DNA of 64,000 bases from an uncultured Phycisphaerales bacterium (GCA_963844715.1 CAWJPJ010000007.1:160001-224000); one strand, 5' to 3'; counted from the first letter of the stretch, positions 30,579 to 43,545 are shown. Notes: generated from the letters alone by a model not told the origin. Numbers and translations are program-made.

Positions 30579-32999
30579 ATGACCGCAGCCCGCTTCATCT
30601 TCGAACTGATTATTCTCGTCGTCGGAAGTCTCGGCTGGGGTTTGGCGATTCTGCGGCGCTTTAAGTTGCCCCCGCTCGAAAGGCTCTGCCTGGTTGTGGG
30701 CCTTTCATGGTTCGTCGTCTATCTCGCCGCCACGGGAATTTACCTGGCGCATCGTAGCGGCAAATGGGAATTTGGGTTGTCGGGGATAAGCCTGATTTTA
30801 CTGGGTCTGTGCTTTGGGGATTTGAAAAAGCTGTGGCATAGCCGACAGGTTCGGCAGACCATTTGGGGGTTCGGCCTGCTGCTGGCCTGGAACCTGCTGA
30901 TGCTGAGCCTGATCCGGAATTACTCCGGCGGGCTTTGGTCGGGTGATTGGTACGAGCATTACCAGCGATCGTTGTTCTTCGCCGAGTACCTGCCGAAAGA
31001 GACCAAGTTTCTGGAGATTTACGATTTGCCGGCGCGGCCGCCGATGATGAACATCCTGTGCGCCCGACGTATTGGCGCAGGCGGGCGAGCGATTCGATTT
31101 GTTTCAGGTCGCGGCGGCATTCTTTAACCTGCTGATTTATTTTCCTTGCGCGCTTTTAGCGGGCGCGCTGGCGCGGCGCGGACGACGGCAGTTGCCGCTG
31201 CTGGTGGTGCTCTTCGCGGCATCGCCGCTGCTCGTTGAGAACGTCACGTATACCTGGACCAAGTTATTCCCGGGGCTTTACATCCTGCTGGGGACGTGGC
31301 TGTATCTGCGCGGATTCCAGAAGCAGGACGCGTTTCGGATAGTCGCCGCCTTCGCGAGCCTGTGCGTCGGGATGCTGATTCATTATTCGGCGGGGCCTTA
31401 TCTGTTATTTTTCGCGCTGCATTACGCATGGATCTGGCGGGGGCGAAAATGGAAATGGGTCGAACCACTGGCGATTGCCGGCGTGTGCGTGCTGATCCTG
31501 GCAAGCTGGCTGGGATGGTCGGCCTGGTTCTACGGCTGGCATACGACGGTGTCGTCCAACACGACCGTCATGGGCTCAGAGTCATTATCGTTCGGCGGAA
31601 ATCTCCAGAAGATTGCAACAAATATTATTTCCACCTTGATTCCGCATCCGCTGCATGTTTCGCGAAACGACTTCGACAAGGCCCTCTATCAGCCGAACGC
31701 CATGGGATATCTGCGCGACTACTGGTTCCTCGTATATCAGCCGACCGTTCCCGAAGGGATCGGGTTGGTCGGGGGATTGACGGTAGTTTATCTGCTCGTG
31801 CGCAAGCTTCGCGCGAGCATTATCGCTCGACCAGCGCATTTTCTGGGCGGCATTCATCGTTGTCTGTACCCTCGTCGGAATTGCCGCGCACGGCGAGGCT
31901 TCGGATACGGGGGTCGGACACATCTGTCTTTTGCCGCTGTCCATGCTGGGCGTAACATTTCTGGCGGCGAATTTTCCGTCGCTGTCGCTCTGGCTGCGGG
32001 CAGCGACCGCCGTTTCCGTGGCTTTCGATTTCTGTTTCGGTATTTTTCTTCACATCCGCGTGGAGAATCTTTATTTCCAGCCGCAATTTGCCGGGACGAC
32101 GCAGTTGCTGCCTTTGAACGATCTGCTGCTTAGCCGACCGGCGATATCGAATTTCGCTTTGCGCTTTCAAGAACATCTGCCTTATTTGGGGGATCATTTT
32201 CAGGCCGTTTCCGGCTGGTTGCAGGTCGCGATGGTTTTATTGATGGCGCTGCTGCTGTATCCGCTGGCGCAAGCCCTGCGCAGGAACACGCCGCGGCGCC
32301 GGCGGCTTTTACTGTGCGCTGCTGGTCGTGCTGGCGGGGGGCGCTGTACTGCGCAAGGACGAATTCGACGGCGCCGACCTACGCGCCATGCGACAACTGG
32401 ACGCCTCCGCCGATGAGTTGAAGGCCCGCGCCGCGCGGGCGTCGCTGGCCGTCGATGCGGCCCCCGAATCGTCTCGCACCCAGCTCGAACTGGGGGAAGC
32501 GCTCTATCGTATCGGCGACCAGGTCTCGGCCACGGATCACATTGCCGAGGCGTTTGCCCTCGACCTCGGTAACCAGCGTGCCCGCTATGACATCCTGCTC
32601 ATGTATTACAACGGTTCCCCGCTCAGCCAGGATTCATATACCACGATGACGGTGGCGGAAAGAGTGATCCAAGACGCTCAATCCGCGGCGGCGCGGCGGG
32701 ATTTGGGGATCGACCTCTTGAACCACCGGCATTATTCGCAGGCGATCGATCAACTCACTTTGGCGGTGCAGCTTTCCTCGGGCCGTCGCGCCGAGCCGCT
32801 CATGCTTCTGGGAATCGCGCATCAGCTCATCGGCGGGCCATCGCATATCGACCAATCCATCGCCTATCTCACCCAGGCGATTCATTTGCAGCCCGATTCC
32901 TCTGAAATTGACTCGGCCCTGCGCAGTTCCCTGCGTCTTCGCGGCGATAGCGACGCCGATATCGACGCCTTCGTGCAGCGCGCCCGCTCCGGGCAATAA
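30579..32999 (+). CDS. GT-C-fold membrane protein with C-terminal TPRs, paralog 2 (frameshifts near 31070, 31825, 32300)
   Basis: Near-colinear with paralog 1 (GDWYEHYQRSLFF, ENVTYTWTKLF, PHPLH, GYLRDYWF). Confidence 0.7.
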
Positions 33000-33054
33000 T
33001 GCGGCGACGGTTTTTAGTGGTGAGACCCTCCAAAATTCATTATTCTCTCGCCCG

Positions 33055-33962
33055 ATGAGCCAAACCATAAAAGTCGGGCTGATCGGCGGGACCGGTTTGG
33101 CGGATCTGCTTCGCGAGGGCGGCGGCGGAAAACGCCACGAACTGAAAACCCCCTTTGGTTCCCCGAGTGATGCCATCGTCGAAACCGAATGGGAGAATCT
33201 GCCCGTTCTATTGCTCGGTCGTCATGGCCCCGGCCACATGTTGAATCCATCGCAGGTTCCCTTCCGCGCAACATTTTCGCCCTCAAGCAACTTGGATGCA
33301 CGCACATCCTCGCCTCCGGCGCGGTGGGAAGTCTGCGGCAGGAATTGAAGCCGACGGATCTGGTCATCCCCGACCAGGTGATCGACAAAACGCATCAGCG
33401 CCCCTCGACGTTTTTCGAAAAAAGCGCGGTCCACGTCGAATTCGCCGAACCTTTTTGCCCCGTTCTGCGTCGAATACTGATCGAGGAAGCCCCCGCCGCC
33501 GTCGGCGAGGGAACCTCGCATTCGCGCGGCTGTTACGTTTGCATGGAAGGTCCGCAATTTTCAACCCGCGCCGAAAGCCTCATGCACCGTCTCTGGGGCG
33601 GCGATCTGATCGGCATGACCGCCATGCCCGAGGCGAAACTCGCCCGCGAGGCGGAAATCCCCTACGCGCTGATCGCCCTGGTGACCGATTACGACTGCTG
33701 GAAAGCGCCAGCCGGCCCATCTGCTCCCAAAGCCGACGCCGCCGGGCTCTTAAAGGAAATTTTATCCAATTTAAAAACAGCCTCGGCCCGCGGCGTGGAA
33801 CTGATGCGCCGGGTGCTGCGGCGGATTGCCGCCGACCCGGGCGTGCTCTCCCCCTCCCCCGCGCAAAAGGCATTGGAACTGGCGATCTGGTCCGATCGAT
33901 CGCGCATTGACGAGGAAGAAAAACACCGTCTTTGGCCCCTGTGGGGAAAATATCTGGGGTAA
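33055..33962 (+). CDS. mtnP: S-methyl-5'-thioadenosine phosphorylase (frameshift near 33265)
   Basis: GLIGGTG, TPFGSPS, GRHGPGH, EGPQFSTRAES, GMTAMPEAKLARE, VTDYDCW. Confidence 0.93.
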
Positions 33963-33973
33963 GATGATCTTTG

Positions 33974-36900
33974 ATGGGCCTTAGCCGTTACATCGCCGTG
34001 AGTTTCGCCGGCCTAGCCGCAGCGCTTCCCGTGGTTTTGGCCGACGCTCCCCCTGCCCAACCGGGAGACATTTACGGCAAGGACAACACCGCCGGCGTTT
34101 ATGTCCGCGATTCCGCCGTTGCCATGGAACAAATGGCGCTGGCGCAGCGGATGGCGGGGGTCGGGGAATGGTCCAAGTCCGCCGATCTCTATCAGGAAAT
34201 CCTTCAGAAATACTCCGACCGGGTCGTTCCCTCGCGATGGGACGATCAGGATCGGCCGGTGCAGTACACGTCCGTCACGGAAACCGTGCGCGAGGCGCTG
34301 TGCAAATGGCCCGCCGACGGGCTGGACGCCTATCGCTCGCGCTACGAAACTGACGCCGCCAAGCTACTGGCCGATGCCGGCGGCGACGCCGGAAGTCTTC
34401 ACCAGATTCTTTCTCTCTATTTCCCGACCGATTCCGGGCGCGATGCAGGCATTCGGCTGATGGACGATTATTTTGAATCGGGCGAGTACGCCGCCGTTGC
34501 GCAAATCGGTCGCCGATTGCTGAAGTGGCACCCGAATCTCGCCGCCCAGCGCCCGATGGTGATCTATCGCATCGCGCTGGCCGACAAATTGAGCGGTGAC
34601 GACGAGGACGCCCAGCGCCAGGCCGAGGAACTGCGGCGAATGTATCCCCAGGCCACCGGTTCGGTTGGCGGACGCGACGTCATCCTCGCCGATCTCCTCT
34701 TCGAGCAGCTCGCCGCCACGCGCACCGTCGAAGCCACCGGCGACGATTCATGGGTCACCATCGGGGGCGACAACAGCCGCGACAAAGTCTCTACCTGCAC
34801 CATCAAACCCGGGGCGCGCCTCTACAGCGTCGAGCTTCCCGAAGATCAGTTCCTCAAATCCGGCGATCCCAATCAGCGCCGTGAGATGGAACAGCAGGAC
34901 GCCACTCAGGAGCAAATGGGAGCGCACCTGGGCGTCATGCCCGCGGTTGATCGCGGCGAATTATTTTTTCAGGACAACGCCAATCTTTATGCCATCGATC
35001 TCGACTCGGGAACGCCCTTGTCCGGATGGGCATCCACCTGGCCCGGCGGAATCTTTAAACTCTCCGGCAACGTCCGCCCTCTTCCCGCCGGGCAGCAATT
35101 GGGCGTCTCCCTGACCGACAAATATGTCGCCGCCGTCATGGGCCTGCCTGACCGGCTCAGCGGCGGCGGGGAAGATTCCCAATCCACGAGGCTCGTCTGC
35201 CTCGATCGATCCACGGGCCGATTGCTCTGGAGCGTCTCGTCGCAGGAGCTTCCCGACAGCCTGGCCGCTCTGCGCAACTCGCAACTCGCCACGTGCCCCT
35301 TGATTGTCGGCGATAATCTCTACGTCATCGCGCACGGCGGCCCGGGCCAGCAATTCGACGATTGTTATGTCCTCTGCTTCAACGCCCCCGACGGGCAATT
35401 CCGCTGGGCTTCCTACATCGCCAGCGCCAGCAGCGACGGACTGGGGCTCAGTCCTGACGGGATGATCGTCGTTTCCGACGTTGTCTCCGATCTGGCTTAC
35501 GCCGGCGGGCACATCTTCGTCATCACCAATCTCGGCGCCGCCGCCGCCATCGACGCCTACAGCGGCTCCATCGCCTGGCTCAACATCTATCGCGATCAGA
35601 ACAACCCGCCGCAAATGAATCCCCCCTTCGGCGCGATTATGCAAAACCGCCTGGGCATTCCCATTATGTCCGCGCCGTGGAAATACAACCCTGCCCTGGT
35701 TCAGAACGGCCGGGTCTTCATCCTCCCCAGCGACGGGAAATATCTCTTCATCTACGACGCGGGGACCGGCGCGGAGATCAAGCGCATCTGGATCTCCGAT
35801 CTTCCCGATAGCTCTGACTCCACGAAACCCGACACGCTCCTGGCGGTCCGCGGCGATTCCGTCTATCTCGCCGGGCCCAGCCGAGCCTGGCGCATCAACT
35901 GGCAGCAATACGATCACGAGAAAATCCGACCCCGGACCACGCCTGGGCCACCGTCAATTTCGATCAGCCGCTGCTGGGCCGCGGCTTCGTCACCGCCGAC
36001 GCCCTCTATCTCTCCAGCCAAAACGCCCTGCGAAGAATCCTGCTGAAGAACGGCATGATCGATCCCCACGACGGCACCTTCCCGAAAATAATTGGGAAGT
36101 CGATCAGGAAGGCCCCGGCAATGTCATCGCCGCTGAGGATCATGTGATCGTCGCGGGAGATCGATACGTGGCGGTTTACACGGATGTTGAAATGGCCCGC
36201 CTGCGCCTGGACAGACAGGTAGCCGCCGCCCCCAACGATCCCGCCCCGCGCCTGCACTACGCGGAGGTGATGTTCGCCTCCGGGCAGCCGGATACAGCCT
36301 TGACGAAGTTGCGAGAAGCGTTCGCGCTCCTGGCCGATGCCGATCAAACCTCGCGGGACCGCGCCTTTGAAGATTCCATGCGTTTTGCCATGCGCCTCAG
36401 CGGCCACGACCCCGCGCTCAACAACGCGTTTTTCGATCTGGCTAATTCGACGGCGCAATCGCCGTTACAAAAAGCTCGATATCGTCTGGCTCGCGCCGCG
36501 TTTGATATCGCCCTGGCCGATTTCCCGGCGACGCTCCAGCTTTATCAGGAAATTCTCGCCGATCCGGCAATGGCGTCGGCCGCTGTTCAGGACGATTCCG
36601 GCTCGGCCGCACCGGCGAGACTGGTTGTGAGCCAGGCGATCGCGCGGATTCTTCAAATGCCGCAGGGGAAGATGGCCTACGCCCCATTCGAGCACGCCGC
36701 CGCCGACGCTCTGGACCGCGCCCGCGCTGCGGACGATCCCGTGCGCCTTCAGAGAGTCGCCGAGCAATATCCGAATTCTGATTCGGCGCCCATCGCCATT
36801 CGAGCCGCCGCCACGGCGTTCGAATCGCATCGGGATTTCCGGGCCGCAACCCTCCAGCTTCGTCATCTGCTGACTCAATACCCCGACCAGTCGCGCGCTC

Positions 36901-38488
36901 CTATTCTGGAGGAACTGGCTTGCAATTACCTGAAGCTCCCGGGTGAATTGGCGACCGCTCAGACGCGCCTGTCGCTGGCCGCGCAGATCGCCGGGCAGCA
37001 GAAGCTTTCCGCGCCACTCGTTCTTCCCGACGGGTCGATCTTGAAGGACGCCAGCTTTGCCCAGGTCAGTGACGCCCTCAATCGCTTCTCTCCTCCGGAG
37101 CCGATTCTTCCCGATCTGCATATTCCCACCAAGGAGCAGCGCGACGCTTACCGGCGCGCACGGGGCAATGGATCCCTGACTCCTTCGCCCAGCCGACGGC
37201 GATTCCCAACGTGCAGGCCATGGTCGTCCCCCTCGACGGATTCGCCCGCCCCGACAGGCTTCTTGGTTGGAACCTGAACTCCGGCCTGATGATCTTCGCG
37301 ACTACGGCGGGCGCGCCGATTTGCACATCGCGCGACGTCAACCAGCCGCCCACGGGCGCCGCCTGGCTCGGCGCGGGCTTGCTGGTCTGGACCGGCGACG
37401 TCGCTTATCTGATCGATCCCCAATCCGGCGCGACCCGCTGGTGCGCCGATCTGAACGCCACGCCGCCCCCGCCCGACCAATCCGACGCGGTTGCCCCCGC
37501 CGAGCGCATCGAGCAACTCAATCCTCTTCACGATCGCATTATCCTGGCGACCAATCTCGGGCGGGTCGCCGCGATCAATGCCGCCGACGGAAAAATCATG
37601 TGGCAAGCGCGCCCCGTCAATCATGAAATCGAGCGGCTTTTATCCAACGAGGATTTCACCGTCGTTCGCTGCTCGATCGATCAAACCAAGAACCTGGTCG
37701 TCTTCGATTCCTATAACGGGCAGCTCCTGGGCGAAAAGTTGTTCACCAGCGACGCGGATGAACCCATCAACCTCGCCCTGGCTGACGATGGAACCCTTGT
37801 CTACACACTGGCCGATCGTCTGTGCGTCGAGGACCTCTTCGACGCCACCCCGGGGCCCGATGGCATGCAGCCCAAGAGCGCGACCATTCCCTCCAACGAC
37901 AACCAGCTCTTCGCGGGCGCGACCGATCCAAGCCAGCTGCTTGTCGCGTTCGGGCGCATCTTCGCACTCAGCGACCAGGGCAAGTCCGTCCGTGTTTACG
38001 AACTGGCCAGCGCCAAAGCATGGACCTTCCAATCCCCCCAAGGCCCCGAGCAGGTCCCCCTCACCACGGAATCGATGAACAGTCCCAACGTCTCGCTTTT
38101 CCTCGTCGACCATCGTCTCTACGTCCTCAGCCCGCAAAATCTCAAGTCCTATCAGATCGACCACCCCTGGCAGAGCTGGACCGCCGGCGCCCCGGTGAGC
38201 GGCCCGAGGAGCTTCGAGCAAATACTTTTCGGGAAAGACTACCTTCTCGTCGTCGACCGCCAGCACCCGCCGCTGACCGCCAGTTACCAGACCGGAACGC
38301 GCCTGATCCTCCAGGCCTTCAGCCGCGCCATCGTCAACAACGACCCGGAAAAAGAATCGGGGCTGGGCCCCTATCCGCGCACCATCTCCGAGCCCGGCGA
38401 CATCCCTGCCATCCAACCTTACGAAGGGGGCATCGCGTATTTCGCGGGCGGGGCGATTCATCTGCTGCCTGCGCACGGGAGCAGATAA
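33974..38488 (+). CDS. Very large secreted PQQ/BamB-type beta-propeller plus TPR protein (several frameshifts)
   Basis: Signal peptide; repeated xLDxxTGxxxW blades and TPR-like helices across ORFs 33971..36046, 36144..37277 and 37211..38488. Confidence 0.7.
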
Positions 38489-38565
38489 ACGACGGAAAGT
38501 CCGACAATTGACGGCTTCCGTAGTTCTCAAAGATTTGGTCTGCCTACTGGATTAGAATCGGGTTC

Positions 38566-39093
38566 ATGAAACGCCTTCGCCGATGGGTGTGCAACGGGCT
38601 TGCGGCGCTATCCTTGGCACTGTGTGTGGCGACGATTTGCCTGTGGATTATTGGCTGCTTCTCGGATGTTAGTCTTAATTGGGAAAGCAACTCAATCAGC
38701 TACAGCCTGAGTTGCTCTCGCGGAGAAATGTCGAGCTCGCGGATCGTGTGGGGGTTGCCTGTACCGACGGCAAACGCCGGCTGGAATCTTTTGTTCTTGA
38801 GGCCGGCTTCATTGCTGGACCGCAACCAGATACTGGCTGGAATTATTGGGCACTACCGACTTAGATTTTTGGGGTTCGCTCTTTTTTGGATACACAAGCC
38901 GGCTGTTATGGAAGGACCGGAGTTCTTATGGCCTTGCTGGGCCTTAGTGTTACTAACTGCCGTGCTGCCGGCAATGTGGATTCGGCAACGTCAGCGGTTG
39001 AAACCGGGGCATTGCACGGTTTGTGGATACGATCTTCGCGCTACGCCGGACCGCTGCCCGGAGTGCGGGACAATCCCGCAAAACCCCGCCTAA
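38566..39093 (+). CDS. Membrane protein with C-terminal zinc ribbon
   Basis: N- and C-terminal TMs; CTVCGYDLRATPDRCPECG. Confidence 0.8.
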   Translation: MKRLRRWVCNGLAALSLALCVATICLWIIGCFSDVSLNWESNSISYSLSCSRGEMSSSRIVWGLPVPTANAGWNLLFLRPASLLDRNQILAGIIGHYRLRFLGFALFWIHKPAVMEGPEFLWPCWALVLLTAVLPAMWIRQRQRLKPGHCTVCGYDLRATPDRCPECGTIPQNPA

Positions 39094-39167
39094 TTTCAAA
39101 CGTTACTACCAACTGCTTCCCTTTCCGGTTGCTGCGGTCTGTCGCGGCGTCTATAATTCAGCACTCC

Positions 39168-39431
39168 ATGCCCCCGACCACTGTAAATCCCGCTCAACCG
39201 CCGTCTTTGCGCCAAAAGGTCCAGGGCGTGATCGATCTGATCCGCCCGGCCGTTCAGGCCGATGGGGGGGATATCGAGTTGGTCGATGTCACCGACGCGG
39301 GCGTCGTCCAGATCCGTTTCCACGGGGCCTGCCACGGCTGTCCCAGCAGCAGAATGACCCTTCAGTACGGCATCGAACGCCACGTGCGCGAGCAGGTGCC
39401 CGAAGTCACTCAGGTTACTCCTGTCCCTTAA
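39168..39431 (+). CDS. NifU C-terminal / NfuA-like Fe-S carrier
   Basis: IRPAVQADGGDIELV, GACHGCPSS. Confidence 0.92.
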   Translation: MPPTTVNPAQPPSLRQKVQGVIDLIRPAVQADGGDIELVDVTDAGVVQIRFHGACHGCPSSRMTLQYGIERHVREQVPEVTQVTPVP

Positions 39432-39440
39432 ATTTGACCC

Positions 39441-39907
39441 ATGCGCGACGAAGAGTTGATGCGTGAGGCGATCGCCGAGGCCCAAAAAGCCCTGGCGATG
39501 GACGAAGTGCCGGTGGGCTGCGTCGTCTATCACGCGCCCACGGATCGCATCATCGGCCGCGGGCACAATCGTCGGCAGATCGATTCCGATCCCACCGCCC
39601 ACGCGGAAATTCTCGCCCTCCGCCAGGCGGCCGGCGAACTGCGCGATTGGCGTCTGGCCGATTGCGTCGCGGCCGTCACGCTCGAGCCGTGCCCCATGTG
39701 CGCTGGCGCCTTGGTTCACGCGCGGGTCGCGCGCCTGGTTTACGGCTGCGACGATCCCAAGGCCGGCGCAGTGCGCACGTTCTTCTCGCTCTGCGATTCC
39801 CCGCTTCTGAACCATCGGCTGCAAATCACACCCGGCGTTTTGGCCGATCCCTGCTCGCAGCTTCTCAAGGACTTTTTTTCGGCCCAGCGCCGCTGGGAAA
39901 GAAATGA
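39441..39907 (+). CDS. tadA: tRNA-specific adenosine deaminase
   Basis: EVPVGC, TAHAE, TLEPCPMCAGA; true end ..GKK at 39907 (terminal indel). Confidence 0.93.
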
Positions 39908-41450
39908 CCCACGTCGCGGCCACCGAAAAGCGCCGCCGCTCGGACGCCATTGCCTGCGTCCTGCTTCTCGTAGTCGTTGCCGCGATCTTCTCGCGGGTTC
40001 TGGGTTTCCAATATCTCGACTGGGACGATTACGATCTGCTCCTGCAAAACGGTTTGCTCAGACCCGCGACATTCGATCATCTCAAATTGCTTTGGACCGC
40101 CGCGTACGCCGGTCTCTATACGCCGCTCTCTTATTCGCTGTGGTGGTTGATTCTGAAAATTCATCCTCTCGCCGACGCGATGATTTTCCACGGCGTGAGC
40201 TTCCTCCTCCATCTTTTCTGCGCCGCCGCCGTTTTTTCGATCGTGAAAAAATGCGTCCGATCGAGAACCGCCGCCTTTGCCGGCGCGGCGGTCTTTGCGC
40301 TTCATCCCATGCAAATAGAATCGGTCGCCTGGATTTCGGAGACCAACAACCTTCTCTCCGCCGCGCTCTCGCTGCTGGCCATTCGCCTCTATCTCCAGTA
40401 CGCCCCCGCGCCGAAGCGCTGGCTCTACCTCGCCGCATCGGCGGCTTTTTTTCTGGCGCTGCTCGCCAAGCCCACAGCTGTCGTGGTGCCGCTGGCGGCG
40501 GCTGTTCTGGTTTACTATTTTTTTCACCGCTCTCCCGCCGCGATTCTCCGCTCCCTCTGGCCCTGGTTCGTCGGCGCGATCGTCTTTGCCGTTGTCGCCC
40601 ACCACGTTCAGCTCGCCTCGGACATCCCGGCTCTTACCTTCTGGAAGCGTCCAGCGATTGCCGCCGACGCGCTTTCGTTTTACGTTTACAAGCTGATCTG
40701 GCCGGTGCATCTCACCATCGACTACGCCCGCACGCCCGCCGCCGTATTGCAGTCTGATCGCTGGATCGCCGCGGTGGCCGCCGTGATCGTCGCCGTCGCC
40801 CTCTGGCCGCGGCTCGATCGCATTCGCCCCGGGCTGCTCGTCATGGTCGTCTGTCTTCTGCCCGTCCTGGGATTGGTCGCCTTTGATTTTCAGCGCTATT
40901 CCACCGTCGCCGATCGTTTTATGTATCTCCCCATGCTCGGCGTCGCCCTCGTCGCCGCGACGTTTCCAAGACCGCTGGCCATCCTCATCGTCCTGCTGCT
41001 CGCATTCAAAACCGAAATGCAACTCCCCATTTGGCACGACACCGACGCATTGACCGCGCACACCCTCGCCCTCGATCCCGGCAGCGCCATCGGCAACAAA
41101 ATCCGCGGCGAGGAACGGGCGCAGCAACAGGATTGGCCCGGCGCCACCGCCGCTTTCAGCAAGGCCCTCATCCGCAATCCCACTGACGGCGATCTCCACT
41201 TCAACCTCGCCAACGCGCTGCGCGCCCAGGGCGAGTATGAAGCCGCCATCGACGAATACATCACCTCCCTCGCCCTGCTCGATCCCGATCTGCGCTCCGC
41301 GCGATGAACAATCTCGGAATCGCCTATTTCCAGGCCGGCGACCCGGACATGGCGGAAGCCGAATTTATGCAGGTTCTCCAGATTGACCCCCAAAACGCTG
41401 AGGCCCGCAAGAATCTCTCCCAGGTGTTCATCGGCGTGCCAAGTCAGTGA
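39904..41450 (+). CDS. TMTC-like (GT-C plus TPR) putative protein O-mannosyltransferase (frameshift near 41300)
   Basis: WDD loop, FALHPMQIESVAWISE, ADRFMYLP, then TPRs (HFNLANAL, MNNLGIAY). Confidence 0.8.
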
Positions 41451-41493
41451 GACTCCCGTAAACTACCGGTCCCTGACATAGAGGAGCTTGATC

Positions 41494-42392
41494 GTGCCGC
41501 AGCCCGTCTTGGCCGTCGTCAGCGTTCTGGGTAAGGACCAGAAAGGGGTCGTCGCGCAGTTCGCCACCTACATGGCCGAACGCGGCATCAACATCGAAGA
41601 CATCGAGCAACGCGTCGTCCGGGGCTTCTTCCTCATGGACATGCTCGTTGATATCAGGGAGATCAGCATCGACTTGTCCGAACTGATCACCGGCCTGCTG
41701 GAACTGGGCAAAAAAATGGACATGGAAGTCCGCGTCCATCTCCACAGCGAACGCAAAAAGAAAAAAGTCGCCATCCTCGTCAGCAAGGAACAGCACTGCC
41801 TCCGCCGGCTCGTCGACGACTTTGCCGGCGGGAAACTCAACGGGGAGGTCGTCGCCGTGCTGGCCAATCACCCCGATCTCGAGCCGCTGGCCAAACAGGC
41901 GAATCTCCCCTTCGCTTCGCATTCCTCCGACGATCCCGAAAAGCATTTCGCCTGGCTGCAACAAATCGCTACAGCAGCATCGCCCGGACCTGGTCGTCCT
42001 GGCCCGTTACATGCGCATTCTGCCGGGGACGATTGTGCGGGCGTTCGACCATCGCATCATCAACATCCACCCGTCGCTGCTCCCCTATTTCCCCGGGGCT
42101 TCTCCGTACAAGCAGGCGTACGAAAGCGGCGTGCGCGTCCACGGCTGCACGGCACATTTCGTCACCGAGCAACTCGACGAAGGCCCGGTCATTCTCCAGG
42201 ACGTCTTCCACATCGCCGTTGGGACCGACACCCTCGAAGACGTGAAGCGAAAAAGGGCTTACTCTTGAGTCCGAAGTCCTCAGCCGCGCCGTTAAGCTGT
42301 TTCTCGATGAGGAACTCGTCGTCGTCGATGGCAAAGTGATCTTCAAGCCCGGGATCAGCCGCTTCCTACAATCCCCCGCCCCCAAACCTTAG
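41494..42392 (+). CDS. purU: Formyltetrahydrofolate deformylase (two frameshifts)
   Basis: ACT domain, ILVSK..HCL, LARYMRIL, INIHPSLLP, GCTAHFVTEQLDEGP; GAGGAG RBS. Confidence 0.9.
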
Positions 42393-42410
42393 AGCGATTC
42401 TCATTCTCTA

Positions 42411-43200
42411 ATGTCCGCCTCGCGCGACCCATCCCGCCCGCACATTCAGTCGGAGTATCGATCGCTATTCGATTCCATCGGATTCACAGCCGAGATGGTC
42501 TTCTCCGACCCGGGCATCAAATCCTGGCGACATCTCGCCGACCGGGAAAACTGCACCTGGGATTTGAAACATCGCGATGGGCGGACGATCCGACTTCATG
42601 TAAAGCGATATTTCCCATCCCGAGGCCGAATCCGCCCGCGCTAAACAGGAGGCCCTGGCCGGAAAGAAACTCGCCGCCGCGGGAATACCCTGCGCGCAAA
42701 TCGCCGCCTGGGGAAATCTCTCCGGCGGGCGCAGCTTTGTGATTCTCGAAGACCTCGCCGGCTTCCAGGCCGCCGACAAACTCATCCAATCCGGCGTCCC
42801 ATTCGATCGCCTGCTGATTCCCACCGCCGATCTGGCCGCCGATCTTCACAACGCCAAGCTCCATCATCGCGATCTTTACCTTTGCCATTTCTTTGCCAAA
42901 GTCTGCCCCGATTCCGTCGAAGTGAGATTGATCGACGTGGCCCGCGTGCGCAACTTCCCCGCCCTCACGCGCCGGCGGTGGATCGTCAAGGACCTTGCGC
43001 AATTCTGGTATAGCACTCTCTCCCTCCCGATCACGGATGCCCAGCGGCAGGCGTGGCTTGAGCGCTACGCCGAAAAAACTTCGGTTGGAAAATTGGATGC
43101 CCTGCGCAAGTCGATCGTTACTAAATCCGATTCCATCGCCGCCCACGACGCCAAACTCCGCCGCCGCCAGCCCCACCGAAATATTTCCATTTCATCGTGA
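42411..43200 (+). CDS. Lipopolysaccharide kinase (WaaP/InaA/Kdo family) (frameshift near 42630)
   Basis: HVKRY, HHRDLYLCHF, LIDVAR, RWIVKDLAQ. Confidence 0.8.
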
Positions 43201-43545
43201 AGCCAGCGCGATCGCCTCATCCCGCGTTCTGGCGATGTTAAACAGTTTCTCCAGGCAGCAGGCCTGAAAGATATTCAAAAGCTGCGGCTTGAGCCCGCAA
43301 AGAATCAACTTTCCCCCCGCCTGCGCAATGCGCTGGCGGATATTCACCATCAATCCCAGCATCGAACTTCCCATATACGAAACGTCGCTCAGGTCGGTGA
43401 TCCACCGCCCCTCGGCGTTGCCATCCAGCTTGCTCAGTACGCCGTCGATGACGGAATCGATCTCCATCGTGTCCATCCCGTCCGGCAGCGACAGACGCAG
43501 GACGTTCACCTGGTGGTCCGCCGAAATTTCAAATCGATCCGCCAT
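43192..43545 (-). CDS. STAS-domain anti-sigma-factor antagonist
   Basis: DLSDVSYMGSSMLG, GGKLILCGL. Confidence 0.88.
   Translation of the reverse strand: MADRFEISADHQVNVLRLSLPDGMDTMEIDSVIDGVLSKLDGNAEGRWITDLSDVSYMGSSMLGLMVNIRQRIAQAGGKLILCGLKPQLLNIFQACCLEKLFNIARTRDEAIALASR

Noticed and set aside
39441..40757. 438-aa TadA fusion protein
   Set aside because: The extension is an out-of-frame read over the TMTC-like gene, caused by an indel near the tadA end.
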